A stretch of DNA of 64,000 bases from Geosiphon pyriformis uo1 (lineage: Eukaryota > Fungi > Glomeromycota). Position numbers and translations under genes: made by a program. The notes beneath the pieces were generated by a model, which did no database searches, was not told where the DNA came from, and saw only the letters and a program-made list of their open reading frames with translations. Shown one piece after another: positions 54,801-64,000 of this stretch. The stretch is from the NCBI GenBank assembly GCA_016748015.1, contig JAAOMT010000226.1, positions 912,604 to 976,603 of the forward strand, read 5' to 3'. Positions within the stretch are counted from its first letter, which is position 1. Each line of letters opens with the position of its first letter.

Positions 54801-56115
54801 TGCTTGACCTAAAGTCAAAAATATAAATATGGAAGTTTATTTCACCTATAAATTAAAAAATATTGGAAGCTCAAACTTTCATGTGAATTGATCAAAATAA
54901 TATAATAAACGCTTCACATTGTTCAAATTCTTAAGTATTTGCAAAAGCTGCCAAGAAAACCTCATTAAAAGAAGTGAGACTAAAACCATGTTAAAATATA
55001 TTGCCATTTGTGTTAATTTCTTTTTCTTGTCTTTGTTAAAAGAAACTTATCCGTTGACAAATTGTAAAGTCTCTAGAAATTTAAATTTTTCTTTAGGGTT
55101 TGTTCCAACAAATGGAACACTGAAAAAACGATACTGCATAGTAATTTTAAAGGATTTCTCAAACTAGCGAGCTTGTTAATGGTCTCGTGGTGGCCGAAAA
55201 GATGGAATCTGACAAAATATTATCACGAACTCTCGGTTTCTTCTGAGCGTGCAGTATTCTCAGCACATGGGCTTTCATATTTGGACAATCTGATTATTAA
55301 CAATTTGGGTTTACATTTTTTCTAGATTTCTAAATTATGAAAACTCTTCGGTGACGTCCAAGTTTTCGCATTTGATTACTTTATGTAGTGAAATTTCCAC
55401 CGATAAGTACTATTGCGACCCTTGATAAATGGTGCATACTTTTTAAAGCAGGGTTCAATATCAGCGATTTCTTGAATACCTTTAGTAACAGGAAAAATTA
55501 TTAAACAATTTTTCTTTTCAACAGTCAGAAAATTAAAAAATCCCAAAAGCAATGGGGTCTTGTAATTTATAATCAATAAACAAGATTAACGTTCTTTGAT
55601 TTTTGAATTAAAAGACTTTAATAAGGATAAAAAAGATTTTGAAAAATGTTTCAAAGTATTTGGCTGATATTTTATTTTCCCAATTTTGTATCGTGGCAAA
55701 GGTTCAAAGATAAAAGCGTTATTTTCCCGTACAATATCATTCCAGATAAACTGTCCAAAAATTCGATAATGATTATATTACACTGAAAATGCTGATTAAA
55801 AATAAAGGAACATTTTTTAGGAGTCAACAAGTAAAAAATTGATTACATTAGTGAGAGAGTTCCTCACTTTAGAACTTTATGTATGATGAACAAGGGATGA
55901 TTTAAGAAAAATCCCGAAGACATTAATGGAAATAACTTTTATTTAGACAAAGGACACGATATTTATAAAAGCACGATCGTCTGGCTTCCCGAAGAAACAA
56001 TCTAAACATCTGAAAATTCAAACAGCACAGCTTGGGTAAAAAAATTCAAATCTAACATTCAATAATCAAACTGAAACCAATTATAAGCATTAAATACATT
56101 TCAAAGTGAATCGAG

Positions 56116-57468
56116 ATGTCTGCTTTTGAAACCCCTAAATTTAATCTTGTCACTGTCAACATTTCGAATGACGACAGCAAAATTCCTCGAATGAAGGCTC
56201 AGACCCATCAGAAAGCTGATTGTGGCTTGGGTCCAGAAATCCGGTTTAGCGAAACCATGAAGCAAGCGAACTCCGTCTTGACCGAAAATTTTTTACCTCT
56301 CGCTTACTTTGGTTTAGTTTCTGCGACCCCTATCGAAGGTGGCGATTATTGCCACGAAATTAAATGCGAGTTTGGGGAAGCTTGGGCAAGAGCTCCTATT
56401 AAGTCTGCTTTTAAATGGAAGAAATTTGATTCTAAAGCTCAATCGCATAATCATAAGTGTGACCAGGAGCTGGTTCAGAATCCTAGAACAATAGCAAAAA
56501 ATGGCGCAAAAAGTGTCAGCGAAATTGTTCAATTTTTCGAAAAATTGGCGAATGACGTATCTAAGCAGAATATAGAGAAACTCCATCAACAGAAAACCGA
56601 TATTGTGATTCTCCTAGAATCGGAAATTAAAGTAGAAATAAAACCCCACATTTCTACAATCAATGAAGACGATCCCGTAGCCAATATTGTCGACAAAGTC
56701 TTTTATGTTCCTCAAGAATTTCAACTTGAAGCTGGTATAGACTTTGTCACCAACAATCATAAACAAATTAAATTAGAAAATGCTGAATGTAACGAAAATG
56801 AAGATACGATGCTTGCTGAAAAGTGCTCAGTAAATGAGATTGACAACCTTGACGAGAATGTACTCACCAGAGCCCAATTAATCGAGAAAATTACTGAGCT
56901 TGAATCTGAGAATATTCACCTCGAGGCTAAACATAAAGTCATTCAAAAGAAAATGAATTCAAAAAAGAGCCTCAAAAATTTCAAACAAAAAGGACTTTCC
57001 AAATCGCTCAAAAAAAAAATTGATGATTTTAATATCGAAGAGTGAGTAAAAATTTGTTTGACTATTTTGTCTCATTTAAGCGTTTAAATTAATGAAACTA
57101 TTCGTCGGTGGAACATTAGGACTGAAGGATGGGCTAATATTGAAGCTTTCAACAAAGCAATCAATAAAACAAATCCTAAAAATATTGGTATTCTTTCTGA
57201 TATTGATTTTTATGTGGAAGAGTAAGTTATATTATTATGCCACCTTTTTAAAAATCTTGTACTAACTATAACTCCACTTTTTTCTAGACTTGAAGGATGG
57301 GACAAAATTGATGCTTTTCATAAGACGTTAAACAAAATTACCAATACCGATTCGTTTATCGCCTCAGCAAAAATAGAAAACAAGAATACTTATAATTTCA
57401 GGCCACTTTTGACCTTTTCTGCTATTTGCTGTTGCTCTTTGTTTTTGGCCTATCAATATGTTTTTTAA
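56116..57468 (+). CDS. Uncharacterised coiled-coil, tail-anchored protein, paralog 1
   Basis: Exons 56116-57041, 57120-57221 and 57288-57468 with GT-AG introns; ends LLTFSAICCCSLFLAYQYVF*. Confidence 0.85.
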
Positions 57469-59105
57469 TTGTGAAAGGTTTGAAGCTTGAAGCTTTCTTT
57501 ACACATTTAAATTTGAGGTTATGCAAATTTTTTCATTCTCAAGTTTTTTACCCATTTTTTAAACCATGACAAAGTTTTCATTTAAATCTATTCAACTTTC
57601 CTCCCAAAATTTACACTATGATTCAAATTTTCCACAAACTTTCTAAGATTTAGTTTAACTCTTTGAATTGGAATAATACAATTAACATTCAAACTTCCAA
57701 GTTATTGTAGATATTGTAAATAAAAACATGTTTCAAAATCTCTTAAATTATGTCTCATATTTTCAATTTTGAGAATTTTAAAACAATAAATTGTTGATTC
57801 ATGATATTAGCAAGATTTATATTATAAATTCAACTTAATGGAATATAAAAATTAAATATTTTGGAAAATCTATCAGTTCTAAAAATTAGCAAAAAATCTA
57901 GACTTATATGTAAAAATCATTTGTTTTCATATATAAGCAATTTTTTTAATTTTAATTTTTACCACTAATTGCAATTTAGTTTTAATTATTATTATTATTA
58001 TTATTAAGAATCACAACATTTAAGATTTTTAGCATTATAAAAATCTTATCTTTTTACATAATATTAAACTGTTAACTAAAAATATTCGACTTTTGGTAAC
58101 CAATTTAATATATAACAAATTATTACTACCAATTAATTAATAAAAAAGTATTAAATCCAATATTTGTATTTAAATTAAAAATAATTATTTATAACCAATA
58201 TAATAATATAAATAAAATTTAAATAACTCATTTATTTGGTTTGATTGAATGAGAAATTACTTGTAAAAAAAAAATACATTTTATCTTAATTCTTTGTAAT
58301 TATACATTATTAAAACACAGATTTTATTAAATAAATGATATATTAAATCAATATTTCAACAATCAATTGGTTTACATTAAAAAAATTACTATGAAAATTA
58401 AAAATTAAAATTAAAACTTAATCTTGAAATTTACAAGGTTTTTTATTAATTTAACATTTTTTAATGAACTTATTATAATATAAAAATTTATTATTTTGGC
58501 ATAAATAACTTGCTAATTCCAGTGGTACAATATAAATTGAACTTTTAAATTAAGAACAAATCTTTTCAAAAGCCATAAAGACAATCTAGCAGCAATTATT
58601 ATGATCAATTAATAGTAATATTAATGATATAAACATTAGATAATATGAAAAACCCTTTTATTGTTCGGAATGTCAAATTATTTTACTGCCTTGTGATCAA
58701 TCTTGAATAAATCATAATATACAAAATAAAAAGTCTGTATTATTAAAATAACATTTTTGCTATACGCTTTCAATAATTAGTCATTTTGTAACGAAAATTT
58801 TATTTATCTTGGGGTTCCACAAAATTTACCAACATAATTTTTTAAGTAATGAAAACCTTTTGTATAAAACCTGGACTATTGTTGAAAATTTACTAAAGTG
58901 TTTTGATATGTACATTATCTACAAGCAAGAAGCGTAAGGAAAAGAAGACTTAGATTTCAATCTTCAATCTTCAATCTTAAATGGAAATTTTGGGAATTGA
59001 GTTTTGGTGAAAGCTTTTAAAGATCATCAGAGAGTATACCGGCAAAGTTAGAAAAAGAAGGCGCTTAATAAAACATATAAGTCTACAGAAAATTTTGTAG
59101 AATTC

Positions 59106-60347
59106 TTAAGCCCAAAAAAAGGAATAAATTAAAACTGCAGATATAGCCAATACATTTCCGATGACATTGGACTCTATGGTTGATGTAATTGCTTCAGAAG
59201 GAAAAATTAAGGGACCAGTGAAAATTTTATCTACAGACTCATGTAAAGTGTTCATTCTTTCATAGTTGTTATTTCTAATTTGAGGTCAATATCAGAAATC
59301 AATATTGAATTAACCATGTTTTTTGAAGGGTTGAAAAAACAATCGATAGCTTAGCTTACTCTTCGGAAAAGCATTCAACTGGTGCAAGATACTTGATGTT
59401 TTTATCTGTCTTTCTAACGATATTTTTGTGAACCTCTTGGACCTCAGACGAGACTTTTCTTCTATAAAGAAAAATTTGCATTATCAGTTGAGTTTCTTAA
59501 ATGAATCATAGGTCTTTTAATTTACTTACTCTTGAATAATTTCGTCCATACTTTGCTTTTTTGTTTTCTTTTTTGCTTTTTTCATAGTAGATTTTGATTC
59601 AACTTTTTTCTGCAAAGCCTTAATCCTGGTTTCGAGATAAATTTTTTCACATTCAAGTTCCATGATTCTCTGGAGTAATTGCTTTCTGCTGGGAACCCCA
59701 TAAATTGAAAGATAATTCTCATTGGTTTCAAAGAGGCCTTGTTTCTTTGGGACAGTTAAGGTGATTAATTCGTTGTTTTTAGTATTCGTGTCGAGATTTA
59801 CAGGGATACCGGATGGCTGTTGAAGTATCTCCTCAAATTTCTGTTCATGAAGCTCCACATTGTCAGATTTTTTGATCATGAAATTCTCACTTGAGGTATT
59901 AACGTGAATACATTTAGATTCTTGAACCTTGGCGATACCCTTAAGCTGACGAAATTGAGCTTCAGGGGCAAATCCTTTCCATTTTAACGCAATTTTAAGA
60001 GGAGCTCTCGCCCAAGCGTCTTTTGGCTGATTCTTAATTTCTTGGCGACGTTGATGGCTGAAGGTGGGAGTTGCAACAGCAAGACCAAGGTAAAAATTAA
60101 ATGTTGGTAAAGCTTTATGTTGATTTTGCTTTGTTGGTAAAGCTTTATGTTGATTTTGCTTTTTTGGTAAAGCTTTATGTTGATTTTGCTTTATCGGCAC
60201 GATATTCTCGAGAGTGCAGACCTTTTCTTCAAATCTTAAATTAGCTGTCTTTTGATTTTTAAGAGTTCTAGGAATTTTACTTGCAGATCTAAGATTGGTC
60301 TGGGAAGAGATGGTAGAATTAACATTGATTCTTCCTTGCGAAGACAT
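59106..60347 (-). CDS. Uncharacterised coiled-coil, tail-anchored protein, paralog 2
   Basis: Exons 60347-59530, 59461-59360 and 59274-59106; ends VIGNVLAISAVLIYSFFWA*. Confidence 0.85.
60102..60192 (-). repeat. 3 x 30-bp coding tandem repeat (KQNQHKALP[K/T])
   Basis: ttggtaaagctttatgttgattttgcttt occurs three times. Confidence 0.95.
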
Positions 60348-62624
60348 TTTTAAGTACTTTAATAAGGTTTCAGTTGATAGTTGTTGAATTAAGAGTTTTC
60401 TTTGCTCTTTCTTAGAATCCTATCAATTCAGATCTTGCTTTTTTTGCAGTCAGGAAGTTGCCTTTTTATACACATCACTTTCTTAATCTTCAAGAATAAA
60501 TGCAACAGATTGGTTATCAGCAAAAACTTTAGCTTTGTTACAATTCTTTGAATTTGAATAACATTATTACCATATCACGAGTATTTGTGATTGTTATTGT
60601 GATAATGCTAGTGTATTGTGTGATTTATTCCAATGTAATCATTTAAATAGACAGTAGAAGTGAATGCTTTTTTTGGAATAATGAATCAAGTTTGTTTTTT
60701 GTAACTCTAATTTTGGTACGTGTTCTTAATGCTTTTGATCAGGTATATAAAATGATAAAAATTAAGGTTTGTATTCAAAAGAATTTTTAAGCTTGAAAAA
60801 CAATACATGATCTCAGATTTCAAGACAAATAAATAATACATGATGGTATTGAATATTAAGAAAAAAAGAGTATAATGAAATAATTGATCGATTGATTTAA
60901 TTATATAGGTAGCTTGGTAAATACTTTTTTAGTTACTATAATAGAAGTTATAAAATTTCAAAATAGAATTGTTTTTCAAAAAAAGGAATATTAAAATTTT
61001 AAATGTTTTCCTTCACAAAATTTGAAAGACAATTTTTCTAATGAGAAATAAAAATTGGTTCATTAATTGTAAAAAAATTTATTCACCAAAAAAAATAATT
61101 TTAATCTAATTTTGGAAACACCAAAATTAAATAATAATGAATTATATTAATAAATTATAAATAAAAATCGAAAATACTTGGCTAGAAAACAGAAAAAAAA
61201 AAGGAAATTTTCTATATAGTAAAATTTTATATGTAAAATAAAGGAAATGGATTTAAAAATCTGTACAATCTTGTGCAAATCAAATTTTAAGATTCAACAC
61301 TTATAAGTTGGTTTCAATCCTGTTTATCCTGTTTATAAGATATTATGGATTGACAAGTCTTAAAATATATTTTATTTATATTTAATACCTCTACAAATTT
61401 AATGATAAAAAAAATTTTTATTCTCCAAAGCAAAATTTCTAGAAACATGATTGTTTTATTTAATATAAAGTCACTTGAAATTTTTTGAAAATGATTATAA
61501 AGCTCTGTTGTTTTGACCATTCATTGTAATTAGTTCAAAATTAGGGTAAACGTTTATTTTTTAAAATTTATTTACCATTCATATTTTAAATGGTGGCAAG
61601 TTTATTGAATAAATAGTCTATGAGAAATTCGTAAAGAAACAATTAAGAGGGAAAAGTGAATTTCTAAGAAAATAGGTACAATTCGAAATTGTTGACAATC
61701 TTGATACTAATGGTTTCTCAAAAAAGTATTTTTTATTCAAGTTTCTAAAAGTAGAAATGATATTCTTTTTCCAGTTTTCAAAAGTTTGTTACTTTGAACA
61801 AAACTCAAAAGTGTAATTCAATAAAACATTTCCTAATGTGATCAAAAATCTTAAGCTCCTTTAGATTTTTGAAAAAAAAAAATGAATCATGGGATTTTAA
61901 TCATTCTAAGATATTCTTGACGCGTTATGTCATTATTTGGTTTTTTCTATTTTGAGGGATGAATGCATAGTATTATTGATCAAGTTGGAATTTTTTTTCT
62001 ATTTCATCAATGGAAGAAGAATTTTCTACGCATTTTGTTAACATATTTTTGCAATATAGATGAGTCAAATAGAAAGAAAATTCAATGCAAAATTTAATTG
62101 CATATCATTGTAAACTAATTCGAAGTTTAACATTTTGACAACAATAAGATAATATCCCTACATTAAACAATACATTAAAAGATACATGAAAAATTAATAC
62201 ATCACGCGTTCACACTCCTTTGAACCTAGAATGGACATACCAAAACAATACATTATAATTTTTCGATATGATTGAAAGTGTGATAGGAATCTTTGGAAAT
62301 TTACATTCTAATGCAACTGACTACATTTAAAAAAAAAATTTGAAAAACCTTAAAGTTTCTGGTAGCCAGCTGAACAAAAACTGTATTGTTTTTCATGTAT
62401 AGATGCACGAAGGGATTTGACACCTAGAAATAGCATCAAAATACTTGACTAAAATGTATAAAATGATTTGCTCCTCGGGGCATTTCAAAAAAATCAGAAA
62501 TCCAAAACACAAAGTTAATACAAGTGTATTTGAGATACTAATCACCCAGTTCACAAGCATACTACTGTTAAAGAACCAATTAAAAACTTTTTTTTTTCCA
62601 AAAAAATTTTTAAATTTCAACAAG

Positions 62625-63833
62625 ATGTCTCTTGCAGCAATAAATACTCCTATTCAAAGCTCCTTTAATTCCCAGAAATCACCTTCTAGTACAAAAATCT
62701 TAAAGCCCAAACCAAGTAAGGTTCACAAAAAACGTGATTCAGGTTTCAGTGAAGAAATCACTCTAGGCTTGAATCCTGAAGCTCAAACTTTTAGTGGTAA
62801 TTTGAAAGAGATCTCCTACTCTTCAAATCTCACCTTGACTGCAATTGGCAATGGTACTACTTTTAAAAATCGTCAAGAACTTCTCAATCGTGCTAAAACT
62901 CCATGGGAAATTGCTCCTCTTCATATCGCGTTGAAATGGAAAGGTTTTTCACCAGAAGCACAATTCCGTAAACTTAAACCAACCAAAAAGGATTTCGCTA
63001 CTCCCTTAAAAAAATGGTTGAAGCCTAAAGATTGCAAATCAGTGGCCGTTTTACCCAAAGAATCCAAACCTAATCATATTATTGAAGCAAAAGAAACCAT
63101 AAAAGTTGATGTTATTCAAACTCCAATCCTTAATTTCATCTTCCAAGAGGTTGCGCCCAAAGATCTTGAGGTTCAAGATGAAATTAATCTGCGAAATTTA
63201 TATATTGAAAAAATAGTTCAAATTAATTGTGAAAACCTTTACCTTCGAACAAAGAAAAGAGTCTTGAAAACCAAGGCGTTTACAAAATCCAATTCTCGAA
63301 AGAAATCGGTCTCTAGTAATGAAAAATTGATTAGAGGAAAACCTGATTTTGAACATGAAGAGTAAGTTTTAATTCAATTAACAATTTTTTTTAAATTATG
63401 ACTATAAAATGAACCAATTATTATTTTTTTTAATTAGACGAGAAGGATGGAAAAAGATCAAGGCCTTTAAGGATGCAATTAACAAAACTACAGCCTCAAC
63501 TTCAAGAATCCTCGATGATATCGATTTTTATTTAGAAGAGTAAGCAATTAGTTTGATTAGTCAAACTTGTACTTTTTTTGAAATTGAAACCAAATATGCT
63601 AACTTTTTTTAAAACTTGAAACTAGAACACGAGGTTGGGACAAAATTGATGAATTTTATGCAAATTCATCCAAAATTTTTCAGGAATCCTTTGAATATCA
63701 ACCTGAACCTACTGAGAAATCTCCGAAAGTCTCCAAAACTTCAATTTTGAAAATAATTGCCTATTCCTCTTTTTTGATAGGTTCTTATTTTTTTGTTCAA
63801 GCACTTCAACCAGCCATTTTCTCTCTTTCTTAG
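62625..63833 (+). CDS. Uncharacterised coiled-coil, tail-anchored protein, paralog 3
   Basis: ATG at 62625 in caagATG; exons 62625-63361, 63438-63539 and 63626-63833; ends ILKIIAYSSFLIGSYFFVQALQPAIFSLS*. Confidence 0.85.
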
Positions 63834-64000
63834 TTACCTCTTAAACGTAAAAAAAAATTACTTTTCCTTTTCCTTTTCCTTTTCCAAGTGTTTTGAAACA
63901 CCTTTATGCCAATTTCAAGTCAACCTTACCCATTTGACTCGTCTAAACAAAAATATCCTTAAATCACATAAGCTCTGTATTTTTCCATTGAAAATGTCTA

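Noticed and set aside
62445-62624. N-terminal extension of paralog 3
   Set aside because: It has a non-ATG start and poly-T/A UTR-like sequence. The ATG at 62625 aligns with the other paralogs' starts.

Overview
Eukaryotic, very AT-rich fungal DNA with spliced genes. Repeat-protein style and composition suggest Glomeromycotina, Geosiphon-like (inference, not verified). Bases 1-33 kb are a nested transposon graveyard. It holds two full-length L1/Tad-like LINEs (ORF1 with CCHC knuckle; ORF2 with APE, RT, RNase H and zinc finger), both with target-site duplications (TSDs). It also holds a ~12.7-kb Ty3/gypsy-type LTR element containing a LINE 5' fragment, a second LTR-gag element, a hAT transposon relic and a solo LTR. 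All sit inside an extremely AT-rich degenerate repeat family. The long repeats are riddled with C>T/G>A changes and almost lack CpG, whereas genes and short LINE tails keep CpG. The genic portion holds a protein with a tandem fungal domain of unknown function, a membrane RING-finger gene, a bHLH factor with a GC-AG intron and a candidate structured ncRNA. It ends with three paralogous uncharacterised genes sharing a W..AP...A.KWK.F motif, a coiled coil, a 102-nt symmetric exon and a C-terminal tail anchor; two also carry acidic-WxxI motifs.
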